DNA of 63,563 nucleotides from Octopus bimaculoides. Its lineage: Eukaryota. The stretch is taken from contig NC_068985.1 in NCBI RefSeq assembly GCF_001194135.2, positions 69,462,952 through 69,526,514 of the forward strand, read 5' to 3'. The notes under the pieces are model-generated. The model was not told the DNA's origin, made no database searches, and worked only from the letters and a program-made list of their open reading frames with translations. Positions 38,535 through 51,868 of the stretch are shown here, piece after piece (the stretch's first letter is position 1; each line of letters starts with the position of its first letter). The translations under genes and the position numbers were made by a program.

Positions 38535-40430
38535 AAAAAAATCGCGTTCCATAGTGACATACTGTACTTTAAAAAATCTGAAATTACAAGAGAAACTTTG
38601 AAAATATCCAGCGTTTTCAGAAACCACGAATGTGGTATGCTGTCAAAGGTTTCTTTTTATAATCAATCCATGAAGAGCTGAGATTTCTGCGCTTGTTATG
38701 GCAGTTGTCAAGGATCATGTGATTAATTAAGAGCTGATCTTTGCATCCGTATGAGCCTCGTCTGCATCCGCTTTGTTCAGTGGGAAAAAAGGTTATTGTC
38801 TTCCATAAATGTATATGTTTTCTCCACTAGAATGTATGTCAGAATCTTATAGGCGGTAGACAAACATGTTAAAGGCCGGTAGACTTCTTCTTTTTTTTTT
38901 CTTTGGCTTCGTTATTTTTGGGGTGGAGGTAAGTAATACCATTTGCCATCCAATGGGGAGATTTTTCCGGGTCTTTCATAATACTATTAAGTAGTATTAC
39001 TAACATTTTGTGTGTGGACGAGAGTGATAGGCGCCAGAAATTTGGTACTCTATCAATACCAGAGGATTTCTGCTTATGAGCCTTCGTTAACATCCTTCTT
39101 AGGGCGGCGATGGAGATGTCTTCCCATACCTGTTCTTGTAGATTTTTGTAGGCATCTTGGGTGCGTTTCATCTAATCTGCATTTTCGGTGTATTGTTTCT
39201 CATCACTCCAGATCTCTTTCCAAAAGTTTTCAACTTCTTCCATTAGGGGTGGATTTTCAATGGCTATTTTTCTTTCCCTATTTCCCTGTAAAATGATTTG
39301 GCATTGGATTTGCACATCTTACTTTGCTTGTAGAATTTGATTCTTTTCTGAAACCTGCTTATTCTCTGAGCTTTTGCTTGAACTTTTTGTTTAAGCGTTT
39401 CATTCGCTGACATTAGTTCTTCTCTTGTTGAGAGTCCATATTTTTTCACAATCGTCCAGCCTTTTCTTGGTGTTACACTATTTCCAGAGATTAGCTCAGT
39501 TCATATTGATATCTCCCTTCTCAAAGATTCAATCTCAGTTTCAATTCTACTCCTCCAGATTGATTTTCTTTTCGGATTTGGTATTGCTGACATTTTGGGT
39601 GTTAAACTGCGTCTTTCGATTACCTTAGCAACAGAGTAAATGACTATATTTAACTTATTAAGATCGGGTTTTAGTTGTTCCATGATTTCTTGTGTAACGC
39701 CGTTGCCAATTTTTATTTGTGTGTTATGTTGGTGTGCATTTGAGAGTTTATGGAGTGGTTCCCTATCATTCATATTTATATGCCCTACAACTGCAAGCTC
39801 ATTCAGAACTTCCTGCTTCATTTCAATGATAAGGTTTTCTGTGTTGTTCAGCAAATATGTGGTCTTCAAATTCTGTTTCGACATAATTTTCCTGGCTGTG
39901 TTTTCTAAGGTCATTATATTTTCCTTTTTCTTAGGGCTCTTGAGTGGTTTCGGTAGATGGTCGCCTTTCAGTCAATGCTTGTGGTCCAACATTCCTCCCC
40001 TCTGCTTCGTTATTTCTTTCCTGACTTATATTTAGGTCATTCTCTACCACTTTTTTAATAGAGGTTAATTCTGCATCTGTGAGTCTGGTATTTCTGAAGA
40101 TATCTCTTCTAACATTTGCTAATCTGTTTTCATAGGAGTTTCCGGTGGGGTTCTCTTGGGTTGGCCTACTTAATGCAAAGTAATGAGCGTATATTACTTT
40201 TTTATTTTATTCCTGGTTCCATTTAGTTCTTATACATTTTTGATTTTGTGGTCGTTGTGGTGGTGAAATTTGGGGGCTTAATTTCCGACAAATCCCGTTT
40301 AAGGGACCTTCCAGGTTCGTATTCGGTGAAGATATTCTGCCATTTGAACATTTTTCGCTGTCAGGTTGACAGATTCCTGACAGGCGCACATCCAGAATAA
40401 CCGCAAGACAAGCGATTCGGTGTACTGTTT
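38535..40430 (-). mobile_element. Dong/R4-like RLE LINE, 5' half (N-terminus plus RT N-terminal part), truncated at a (CA)n tract
   Basis: ENRLANVRR, LKQKVQAKAQRISRF, KSSGIDRVPNFW, GITYLHPK, EQSGCRRGSYGCKDQLLIN, WIDYKK and DSIPHSW. Confidence 0.9.
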
Positions 40431-40559
40431 GCAATTTTCTTTTCTTTTTAAGTAAAGTTAAATTTTTATTAAATTTTTATTTTTGAAAAATATTTTTATT
40501 TATTCATTTATTCATTTTATTTTATTTTAACCACTAATCTAAATATAGGGGCTGCGTTT

Positions 40560-40662
40560 ATCATCATTAGCAGCAGCAGCAGCAACAGTAGTTGTAGTAG
40601 CAGCAGCAATATCACTATCGGCAGCAGCAGCGGCGGTGGTAATAGTAGTAGTAGTGGCAGAA

Positions 40663-40730
<68 letters not shown>
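40560..40730. repeat. (CAG)n/(TAG)n trinucleotide microsatellite
   Basis: Read directly. Confidence 0.95.
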
Positions 40731-41112
40731 AGTGCGGCTGATGTAATAATTTTTTTGTGGAGTGGGATGGGTTCTGATCGGTCAAAATGCGTCTACTCCT
40801 AGCAGCTGATAACAGCAAGAGTGACCTCGACCTGAGGAAAAATTAAGGAAGAGCCGACTTACTCTGTTTTGTATCATTTGTGAATAGAGAAGTTGTGTTC
40901 GACCAGAGCGAATCTATTATTATTATCATTATTATATTTTTTTTTTTCACGTGCAATTTCCATCATTCTTATGTTCCTCAAAACGCATCTCGCTTCCTCT
41001 CGGAATTAACTTCCACGCGAGTCTAATCCCTAATTCCTTGGACGCTTATGTGACATCTGGCTATCTTGTAATTGTTCCTCTGGATCTTTCCTATAGATAG
41101 ATAGATAGATAT

Positions 41113-41175
<63 letters not shown>

Positions 41176-42227
41176 TTTATAAATACCATCGTTTGATGGT
41201 ATTTATAAATATTTTAATGCTTCACTACGCGTGTTTCTACTAATACATGTTTTTAAGATCATAGTCCGTATTCCTGGGATAATTCAAGTCCATTAACATA
41301 TTTATAAATTCCCTCAAAAATTATTATTGTTATTATTATATTTATTCTACAGAATATCTGTGCAGCTCGGTGTAACCCCAAAAGACTAATGCGTAAATGT
41401 CGAACAATTGCAATAAGTTCTCAACACTGCATTGGTGGATAAAATTTCTTTATTTGTGTATTAAGTCTACAGTTGGTTTCATGTGAAGAAAATATCTCAA
41501 TATCCTAACATCTTTTCTAGCCAATCACATCGAGGAATGGTGTTCGTCTACATTTTGGATGTACTTGCAGATATACAAGTATCAGTCGAACAAGAGTAAA
41601 ACAATATCAACAGAATTTATGGCATTGTATGTTCTAACATATTGCATGTTCTAACGTGTTGCATGTTCTAACATGTATCTTCATAGATGCGGGTGTTCAT
41701 ATATACACACCTATTTGTGCCTGTGAAATATAAACACACAGAAACACAGACAAACGCAGACGTTCTATAAGTGTATATATGTACTGTATAAGTGTATATA
41801 CGAGTGATTTTGTAGGTGTGCATACGCATATGCATGTGCATATTATTTACATAATACAGTTATAAATTTGCTGTTCACCATTCACTTTACAATATCACTT
41901 AGACAGCAAATACGAATACAATGTCTGTTTTACAAACTTCAGAATGCGTAAGTAGTATCGGTTGTGTGTTTCTCTGTTTGTGTTTGTATGTATTCCAAAC
42001 GCTGAAAGAGGTGTGCAAATATATGAATAAAAACATGTATGATTAAAAGTATGTATTCATCCACGTATACATTTTCTCTCATAATACAGTAGCCACTCAT
42101 TATATTATTTCATTTTTTGTTTGACACTTCTATGTCTGTGCATGCACATATAATAGTATTTGCGTGTGTGTGAATGTGTTTGCGTATGTTTGTATGCGCG
42201 CACACATATCTGAGTATTTGTATGTGT

Positions 42228-42265
<38 letters not shown>

Positions 42266-42270
42266 CCACA

Positions 42271-43385
42271 CTAGAAGAAACACCGTCATTGACTGGGTTG
42301 AAAAGAGCTGCCCAAATTGTACTGTGAATATTGAAAGTTATTCACTTAGATTCTATTGAACATATATTTTTTAAAAAATGGTTGCTAGCATTCATATGGA
42401 CATTAGACTTGTTTTCTTCTGGAAAATATTGTCATCGGTGCATATAAAATTCTGATCTATGATCTATATTATTTTGGTCTATAAATGAAGGAAACACCGC
42501 ACAGACTTTGGCTTATGTGTAGCAGGAGATAAATAAATAAATTTTCGTGGAAAACTAAAAGAATAGGGACTATAATTTATAGAACTTATTAGAACAAACA
42601 AAAATACAAATGGATTTTGTTTAGACAAATAAAGTTTGACGTCGTTGACAATATAAATACAATGATTAATAAAATCATTCTGCAAATGTTAGTATGATGA
42701 TCTCGCGGTAAAAACTTCCTTATAGACAATGTTTTGCGTTTCACCAGTAGGAGCAAAAAGGAAAATATTTTTCTTGCTCCCTACTTTGGATGTCCCAAAA
42801 TATAACTGACCGTGTGAGAAACAGTCCTCTTATAATTGCAAACCAGCAACTTTCAAAGTTGGAATTTATTACAAAGACAGATATATTGGAAATTGACATC
42901 ATTTGAACTCTAAGGACATATTGGAAGTTATTAAAGGTAAACGAGGAATAAAAACATCTTCACCTTTTCCACAACCAGAAATTTTTGTGACCTGTAGGAC
43001 ATTTGTCATTAATTTCTTGACAACACGTCTTGTGCCATTGCACCACATTGGTTGAGAAAGATGGCGCAGAAGCATGACTGTAGCGCCTATTTTCAATGGA
43101 AAGCAATGCGGAGGAGCTCCTGGTGGATGCAGTGAGTTTATGATCTCAACCAGGTAACTAACTATTTCCGATTCATCCACAATAGAGCTCATTTAAATTA
43201 TTCATAGTAACGTTTTTGGTGCCATGTTTATGGTTTCGCACAACCTAGCAGCACTTGTATAATTTGAAATTATACATGGAAAACCTTTTTCAGTAGGTTT
43301 CTCAACCGAGCTCACCAAAGTACATATTTTTTCATGGATTCAAATTACCTTCATGACTGATATCTAGCATTCCTTCTCTAAGTCA
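42271..43385 (-). mobile_element. Helitron 3' remnant: PIF1-like helicase C-terminus plus terminal hairpin and CTAG
   Basis: ORF 42899-43192 [28 protein letters not shown]...CNGTR...[14 protein letters not shown]; a further SHTV/SHGQ-like region; 3' end CCCAGTCAATGACGGTGTTTCTT-CTAG|T at 42271. Confidence 0.92.
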
Positions 43386-43454
43386 CAAAATAGTATATGC
43401 GAATTGTTCCGAGTGATGATCCCATATATATATATATGGAGGGGTCGTTTTCAT

Positions 43455-43668
43455 GTCTGTGTTTGTCCCCACCACTGCTTGACAACCATTGTTGGTGTGT
43501 TTATATCCCCGTAACGAAGCGGTTCGGCAAAACAATACAATAGAATTAACACCAGGCCTGAAAACCACAATAAGTACAGGGGACGATTCGTCCGTCTAAA
43601 ATTCGTTAAGGTGACGCCCCATCGTGAACGCAGTCTAATAACTGAAACACGTAAAAAGTAAAATAAAA
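43455..43668 (+). mobile_element. 3' half of the tRNA-derived SINE family seen at 4752-5135
   Basis: GCTTGACAACC...CCCCGTAACGAAGCGGTTCGGCAAAA is the reverse complement of the body at 4860-4930. Confidence 0.8.
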
Positions 43669-43955
43669 CACACACACACACAATCGCCCACATACACACA
43701 CATATATTCAAAAGTGAAGCTCCGACGAACCTGTAAGGTGATGCACAAGCACTTAAACCTGAGTACGTTGCATAGTAGAATCAGTTGTAAGCTAATGAAT
43801 TTTATTACATAATTTTTTGTTGTCTTGTTATTTATATAGCCTCGTATTACTCTCTGTGCTCGACCAACGCTTTTGTCTGAAGCAAATATATATTGAATAA
43901 CAACCGGTTATTATTATCACTAGACCTACGCGAAATATCAATGTGTGTGTGTGTG

Positions 43956-43995
<40 letters not shown>

Positions 43996-45010
43996 TGTGT
44001 GTGTGTGCTTGTATGCGTGTTTGTGTATATGAATAAATGTAAATGCGTAGGATCATCATTAAAGTTTATCTGCATGTTTCGGATGCTTATAAATGACCGG
44101 GCGAAGAAAATGCTTTCTGCTAGTGCATCCCTCATTTAGAGATGTTCGTGTTACTTTATTAAATGGTTAACGAAAAAAGAAATGTTGCTAAACAAACTGT
44201 AATGTAGCTACTTACAGCTACATTACAGTACCTGGAAATGTAGCCAGTTACAGACACGGTTGTCTATCAGTGTATGATACATAAACTCTACAAAACTACT
44301 GCAAATTCACTTTCTTTCCACTTGCTAAATATCATTTCTGCACTGATGACCTATCTAGGATAAGGAAAACATGCATTCCTAGGAGTCCATCTTTATCTAA
44401 TTAAACTATTACTGGTGTATATATTCGATAGGATGTAATACATTGCATTCTGTACAAACTGTGAACTTACCTTTCCCTGTTATGTTACTTCAGTTCCTCG
44501 CAATTGCTCCTGCGCTCTCTTGGGCCTGACATCTTGTCTCATATTAATGATGGAATATGTTCATGGAGTCAAAGTTTCAACTGCACAATCCATGGATAAA
44601 AATTTGTAATTAATTAAAGATTTCTCATTGAAAATTTTATAGTATTTTCTTTAGCTATTTTTGTTTTTCAATTGCCTGCTTTCACTAAAATATTGATCGC
44701 TGATTTGACCACTTTCGTTATGAGCAGGGCTTTCTTTTATTTTGTAATTTCTAGTGTATTGAAACTACTATACGTAAAATGTATACCACACCTAAACGTA
44801 TCAACGACTCCATCATTATTTACATGCTCATATCTCCAAATGGATTATGTTGTCTTCAATTAGATAGTTTAAAACAATGTTCCTACCACATGACGGATAT
44901 GATCAGCCAAAATGCTCAAATGATACTTGGCAGACAATCCATCACACAGACCTAACACATGTCACGATGTATCTGCCCAAATATCAAATGACCCTCTCTA
45001 TACTTCACAG

Positions 45011-45092
45011 TAGGGCCCAAACAGTTAAGATAGATTCCGTCATTTGCTTCTCCGCGGACGTAAATTCCCCCAGCCCCAATATAGGAAATAGG
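45011..45092 (+). CDS. Candidate small exon (phase 2-0) RAQTVKIDSVICFSADVNSPSPNIGNR
   Basis: Acceptor CCCTCTCTATACTTCACAG, donor AGG|GTGAGT, single open frame; splice pattern only. Confidence 0.2.
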
Positions 45093-45477
45093 GTGAGTGA
45101 AAATTTATAGGACGTTACATTGAAGCATTAACAAATTCGGACAGTCTAGAAATCATATATACTGCATAGCAATGTTGATGGGATTCAAGACATCTTTAGC
45201 ATTTGCAGCTCTCCATGATATCTAGTCTTAAGCTGCTCACGATGACCGGTTTTGGTTGATATAAAGTTTGCAAGTTGGTGGCTTCGATCCACCATCTCAT
45301 CTATTGGGCTTTCAGCAATATAAGTGTCGATATTATTGAGGTTTCTCTTCTGAGCGTTGCCTTCTGTCCATAAACTTTTTCAAGGCTCATTTATGCTATA
45401 ATTGCTGTGACCTTTAAAACCATGTATGACCAATGGGTTTCCACTCTAAATAAGTGTTACATGTTTTCATACATAAT

Positions 45478-45808
45478 AACGTGGCATTCCGTCGGTTAAG
45501 ACAACGAGGGTTCCGGTTGATCCGATCAACGAAATAGCCTGCTCGTGAAATTAACGTGAAAGTGGCTGAGCACTCCACAGACACGTGTACTCTTACCGTA
45601 GGTCTTGAAGAGATTCAGCGTGACGGAGTGTGAAATGGCTGGCTCTTTGTAATACAGGTTCAAGAGAAACAGGAAAAAAGAGTGAGAGAAAGTTGTGGTG
45701 AAAGAATGCAGCAGAGTTTGCCACCACCCCTGCCGGAGTCTCGTGGAGCTTTAGGTGTTTTTCGCTCAATAAACACTCACAACGCCCGGTCTGGGAATTG
45801 AAACTGGT
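45478..45808 (-). mobile_element. SINE/LINE-tail composite repeat
   Basis: The minus strand has a B-box-like GTTTCAATTCCC near 45800 and ends in TTATTAT; CpG-bearing repeat recognised from memory. Confidence 0.65.
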
Positions 45809-46474
45809 TGTAAATGTCACAATTTGAATCAACAGCCATGTTTGCCTACTCATGGAAACGATAATAGATACATGGACTATGCCTGGCTTTTAATTTCTTC
45901 CTATTTATTTATCAGCTTAGAAAAATATATGATTACCTCCACCGCCCCCCCCCCAAAAAAAAATAATAAAAGACAAAACGATACAAACCTCAAAACACTA
46001 CAACTAAAGTTACTTTATTGATTGTCTTTCTTTATTGGGCATTTACGATAACGAATTTAGTTCTATTTTATCTTTTGTTAATTAGTACAGAGATGAAAAA
46101 CAATTTCCTCGGGGTACGAAAATATTAAATTTTACTTATTCATTACACCATTCACAATTCTTTTCCTGACAAAAATTCATAGTACTTTTATTCAATATCC
46201 GCGTTTTAGAGCAGAACATGTGATGCCTGGAAACAAAATGAAAGCAGCCTCATTTATAAACTGCTCTTTGCTCTTTTACCATTTTTCCTGAACCCAGAGA
46301 TCTTTCTGGCTCACAGCCAATAACAAATATGTTGTCCTATGAACCATTTCGCTTCTAGATTTTATATTGCAAGGAAGGAGAAACTTCTTTTTGTCTATTA
46401 TTACTCGTCGTTTCCATATTTCCCTGCACTTATCCAAATAGAAATCAAAGTACTATTGTTTTCTTTTATACATA

Positions 46475-46528
<54 letters not shown>

Positions 46529-47099
46529 CCGTTTCCCTGGACTTGCAATCTCTGCTGCTTTCCACAATATAATTAGATTTTGCTTGGTTGTACCGTTTCC
46601 ACTAATACTAAACGAAATTGTTCTGAACAAGTAGTCATTTGGTTGGATTAACAGTATCTCAGTGTTGCTTCCGGCTGTCAGACTCACACATTGATTTCCG
46701 TTTTTAATCAAGTGCATTTTATTCGAAGTAACAAGACCTCTGTTAAATATGCTTGCTTTAATTGGATCTGTGGAACACATAGCTAAACTTTTTCTCTACT
46801 GCAAAATAATTGCTACAATATTCTTTTCGATATTTTTCGTTTATGTACTTCGCTGGTTTTCTTCCTGATAGCGTTCATTAATATAAAATATTTTCCCATT
46901 AAGTATGGGTTAACTTACGGAATTGCTTTATAAATAATTATCTTATTTGAGAGTTTACACTCATTTATGCAAGAAACATTAAATCTCCCGCGGAAGAAAA
47001 ACAAAATAAAACATAATTTTCCATTGTATATTGATTCCCTTTGAATTGCATGGACGGAAAATCAGACCAGGTTTTTTTTTATTTAACTTCCTCGGTGAA

Positions 47100-47390
47100 G
47101 CATTAACACCACCTTACTAGTGGAATTTCTTTTGGAAAACTGTAAAATTAAAGTACAAGAAATCACAGTTGTTAATGAAGAATGTATTACTTCAAAGATT
47201 GTTTACATTTACGTTAGTGTTAAAATATTTAATGTAGACAACAACGAGATATTAAAAGCTTTCAAGAAACATTTGGTATTGCAATCACGACGAAGTCAAG
47301 AGCAAATTATACTGAATTAGGATTAATACAAACTGAGAAGCTATTGGTTTTTATACAAATAACAAGTTATCATGCCTGTCACTCTATTGC
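47100..47390 (+). mobile_element. Possible L1/Tx1-like ORF1 remnant
   Basis: VYIYVSVKIFNVDNNEILKAFKKH...LGLIQTEKLLVFIQ loosely resembles the RRM-like ORF1 region; weak. Confidence 0.25.
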
Positions 47391-48564
47391 TTTTTACATA
47401 CATATATACATTTTATGTGACTAGAATGTCATAGGAATTTCTAGACCGATTCTTTAACTCGATCCCACTGGGTACAAGAGAACCATTGAGAATCAACCTG
47501 GAATTTCTAATGATTATTGTTTCCGATTGTATCCTATGCAAAAGGTACTTGAGGAATCTATCCGCTCGACCTTCCCTCGAATAGCGGGCGAAAAAGGTGG
47601 ATGGATGGATGGATGGATGGATGGATGGATGGATGGATGGGTGAGTAGATATGTGCATATATTTTCTGTTATAAATGTTCACCCAGAATGTTTTTCTCAG
47701 TCTAAAGTGTGTATAGAAGACATGCATTTAAGGATTTGAGTTGTGATGTCACCTGTCCTGAATGATTTTTTTACCTCAAGAAATTAGGAGAATTTATTCC
47801 GTATTATATTGACATATCTACATATTAACATATTAACATATCTCATATATTCAGTTTATAAGCCTGTCACAAGTACGAAAATCATTTTACTTGTGTTATG
47901 AAAACAAAAACATTGTAATTAATTTAGAGCTGTTTTACTTACATTCTTTTCAAAAATGGTCTATTTTGAAACCTAATTTATATAGTATGAGTTATAAAAT
48001 GATTACCACCATGGTGGTTGGAGAGGTCCATATTAAAACTAGAACAAAATAATAAAAATTGGCTAAGTCATTGTCTTCCTCCATACTAAGTAACAGGAGA
48101 GAAAATTAAATTCAGCCAAGCATCACAACAACAGCAAAAACATACCACACGCGTGCGTGCTCATGCGCACAAAGTCGGCGGCTCTATTCGGATTATTAAG
48201 CAACGTGTCCATAAACACTACTGAACATATAGAGGCTAATCAAGTTCAAAGAAATGTAAATTATGAGATCACATTCTTATAACATTCAAAACTATTATAT
48301 TTGACTAACGGAATAGCAATACTAATTGTTCGATACAAAGTATAGAGAAACGGATTGGGCCACGAAATCTACAATAGGAAGCAAGAATGAAATACAGATA
48401 ACAAATTGAGATGCTAGTCAATTTTCTCCTGTGGCAACAAAATTGTTACACTTATGAAGGACAGAAAATACTGGAAAAACATTGGTGAATCAAAGTATAA
48501 CTGCAGTGAGCTTAGTGATCTAATGATTTCTAATGCGGATGATGTGCTCTTAATTCAACCGGGA

Positions 48565-48997
48565 AAACTCATCCTTCTTACACGCCGTAACAAACAATAT
48601 TATGAAGCAGTTTGTGAAATTTCTGGATAAAGATAGACAATACGTTCCTTATATCAACAGCATATTTCGCAATCTGAGTATTGAGAAGAAAAAAAGCTGG
48701 AATATTTGATGGGTTTGTAGTCAGAATATTAATGAAGAAGCAGCATGGAAAACGTTTGGAATAGGTGTAAATTATTATTTGAACAGAAAAGCAGCCGTCA
48801 ATGCTGAAATAATACGTCCCATGCTGAGGAACCTTCAAAATTTGAGACCAAATATGAGCATAATGTCAGCTCAATAAATTTCATGAAAATCATGGTGATA
48901 CAAGTGACGAGCAGGGAGAACCTTTCCATCAGAATATAAATGGAGCAAAGGTAATAGGGCAGATGGGACTTGCATATGATTTATGGATTAATGCTGG
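48565..48997 (+). mobile_element. DNA transposase C-terminal fragment, probably CMC/Chapaev3-type
   Basis: MKQFVKFLDKD, LSIEKKKAGIFDG, AAWKTF, ENHGDTSDEQGEPFHQNI and GRWD. The family name is from recall of the LMKQFVKAL/SDEQGERFHQDI signature. Confidence 0.75.
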
Positions 48998-49329
48998 AAT
49001 ATGGCCCGTGACCTTCTTGTCTTTCTACACTCCAGGAAAACCTCAAAATACAAGTTCATGTTAAAGTAAACTTAACGTTTATGTAATTTGTCTGTAGAAA
49101 ATTTAAGACATTTACAAGAATTTTAAGCAAACATCCTTGCTTTTAAGGAAAAAAAAAATACTATTTAAATATACATGGGTTTTGACACACCTTGTTAGCC
49201 TTAAGCGTTTTATCGAGAAAAGAAAAACGAAATTCTATTGTCCCATTATGTTAAAACCATGCCTTGGTGGTAAAATATAGATGTAAGTTTAGAACTCACA
49301 GTTAGTCCACGTCGGAATCCTTTGACAAC

Positions 49330-49520
49330 TTTGAAGAACATATTTTTGTAGGTCGTCTTATCAACAATTTAACTGAGAAATGAGTTGTTAGTTTTGATGA
49401 AGCTGGATTACGATCAAAGACTTTTCCAGCCATGGAGATCTCTTCACTTGCGGGCAGTGAAGTATATTATCAAATATCTGACTCGTGGTTTTTCAAAAGC
49501 AGTGTATAACTCTGTAGCAC
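49330..49520 (-). mobile_element. Possible hAT dimerisation-domain remnant
   Basis: SLPASEEISMAGKVFDR resembles PASSxxSERxFSxAG; weak. Confidence 0.3.
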
Positions 49521-51614
49521 TTTATCCATATAAAATTATGTGTAAAATTATTACTTGTATTATTCATTAGTAAAATAGGAATGTGAGAATGAGAGTGAAA
49601 TCAACCAGTAAGTTAAATTATCATGTTCACGGTCACAACAGTGAAATGAATGTCAATATCCTCAGCAGAGCTCCTCACGCATACAATCCCACACAAAACG
49701 ACTCAGGCACACCCATTCTTAGATTCATACATATGTGCAATCATATATGTATATATATATATATATATATACGTCAACAACGTGTTAATGTAATTTTACT
49801 TTTAAATGACATTTTCACTGAACGGGAAAATAAAAGTGATAGGCAGTAAAATATTTTATAATAAAATGTTTGCCTTAAGCTAAACTATTAAGAATGAACC
49901 GTAAACCAATTTTTTATTTGTTACCCCTAATTGGAATAAAGACACCTAAACCTGTAGGGAATTACCATACTTGAAATAGAACTTTCTAGCCTCTGATGTT
50001 TATTGAATTAATTGTCTGAATAATTTTACTGTAATACACTGCTAAAACTCAATATAGAATCTACAAATTTAATTGTTGATTCGATGAAGCTTTCAGCAAT
50101 TGAGAAATAGTGAGAAAAGAGAGAAGGAAAGTGGGTGGGGGGTGGGAGAAACATGTGCGTATGGGCATGAGTATACGAGGGTGAGTCGAGCACAAAAACA
50201 GAGAGAAGAGACAAAGAGGCAGACACATGATAGTTATTCATTTCGTCATTGTTTTAGTATTCAGAAAAAAAGGGCACTTAAAGTAATTGTTTGATTTTCT
50301 GTTTCATTTGCTGATGAATGACTGAAGACTGCAACAAATTTAGATTTCTGAATTGTCAGCAAAATTTACGAAATGAAAAAAATGGTAGAAAGTAGTTTTT
50401 AATTTTTATTTTAATTTTAGGATATTTTTTTTAGAGCTCTTAATAATTATTCTTTCAGCTTTTTTACTTTTAATTATTTCAAGAATGTAAGATAAGAATT
50501 TTAAAATGGCTAAAATCTGTTGTTAGTGACATTTATATGACATGAGTGTTTTCTCGATTCATATCTTTGCAAAAAATTTGGTTTTTTGAATTCACTTCCA
50601 AATGCTTTTAAATTTTATCTCACTAAAATTAAATGTGACAAACACTGATCAACGAGATGAAATACCAGAAAATGTGCCTGTGTGTGTGTTCATATGTATG
50701 CTATATATACATACATACTTATGTAAGTATAAGAGAAAGAGTATCAGATAGATTGATAAATAAATAGATAGATATATATGTATATATGAATATATATATA
50801 TATAGAGAGAGAGAGATATGTATATGTGTGTGTGAGTGTGTTTGTATGTTATAAGTATGTGCATATGTATACATATTTATATAGATATAGATATGCATGC
50901 GTATACATACATGCATGCGTATACATACATGCATGCATAGATACTCACAAACTAACCCATACAAATGTGTTGTGTATCTGTGCGTGTGTACATGTACGCA
51001 TGTATGTATGTATATATACATACATACATACATACATTAACACATAATTGTTAAAATTTTAAGGGAATGTGCTATGCAGTGACTTAATCTCTGAAGATTC
51101 TTGTTCCTTACTTTGTAGGATCTGGAATTTTAAGAGATTACGCGAACAACTACAGAGGAATGGAATTATGCATAATACTGCAAATTAGCACTTGAACATT
51201 TTTTCTGCATTTTTATACAATATCACATATTTCTCGACGCACGTAGTATCTTTCTGTTACTCTAAACAGGAACTAAATGAATATGTTTAATGAAAATAAT
51301 GCTGTTTAGTGAAGTTAAAAGAATGTTCACATCGAGAGATACTTCACTTCCTTACTTCTAGCCGGCACAATATTAAAATTACCACTGTAATCCTTACGAT
51401 ACAGGGACCATTTTGCGATATCTCACGGTTTCCGTCAAATATTTTCAATTTCACTCCGCATATTCCCCTGAAAATTCGACAGCTCCACCGAAAACATTAG
51501 CAGGATCATGGAAGTCAACCAATCTTCACTAAGTATAGATATACCTTTTATTTTACATTTTACATTTCTGGACCTCTTTTCCACACCCCAAACCTTCCCA
51601 GCTACGGTAGGCCT

Positions 51615-51620
51615 TCATCG

Positions 51621-51653
<33 letters not shown>

Positions 51654-51868
51654 GCGTCATCGTCATCATCATCATCATCTTCTTCTTCTTCTTCTTCTTC
51701 TTCTTCTTCTTCTTCTTCTTCTTCTTCTTCTTCTTCTTCTTCTCCTTCTTCTTCTTCTTCTTCTTCTTCTTCTTCTTCTTCTTTTTCTTCTTCTTCTTCT
51801 TCTTCTTCTTCTTCTTCTTCTTCTTCTTCTTCTTCTTCTTCTTCTTCTTCTTCTTCTTCTTCTTCTTT
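51615..51868. repeat. (CAT)n followed by a long (CTT)n microsatellite
   Basis: Read directly; source of the poly-H/L and poly-E/D ORFs. Confidence 0.98.

Noticed and set aside
40850-40920. Minus-strand 51-nt exon candidate ending AGA|GTAAGT
   Set aside because: The acceptor lies in a purine-rich (TAA)n tract and two frames are equally open, so it is unsupported.
44342-44372. CTGATGA-CCTATCTAGG-ATAAG-GAAA hammerhead-like string (also CTGAAGACATTAGAAA near 55740)
   Set aside because: GAAA does not directly follow a closed helix II and no helix III partner is present.
45130-45430. Minus-strand ..EQLKTRY..SCKC*RCLESHQHC as a fifth RLE LINE piece
   Set aside because: Similarity is too weak to call without alignment.
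48005-48018. 14-bp palindrome ACCACCATGGTGGT
   Set aside because: A few palindromes of this length are expected by chance in 63 kb.
49352-49509. Plus-strand frame GRLINNLTEK*VVSFDEAG... with an in-frame TGA (possible selenocysteine)
   Set aside because: No selenoprotein motif context, no SECIS recognised, and the opposite strand is better explained as a hAT remnant.
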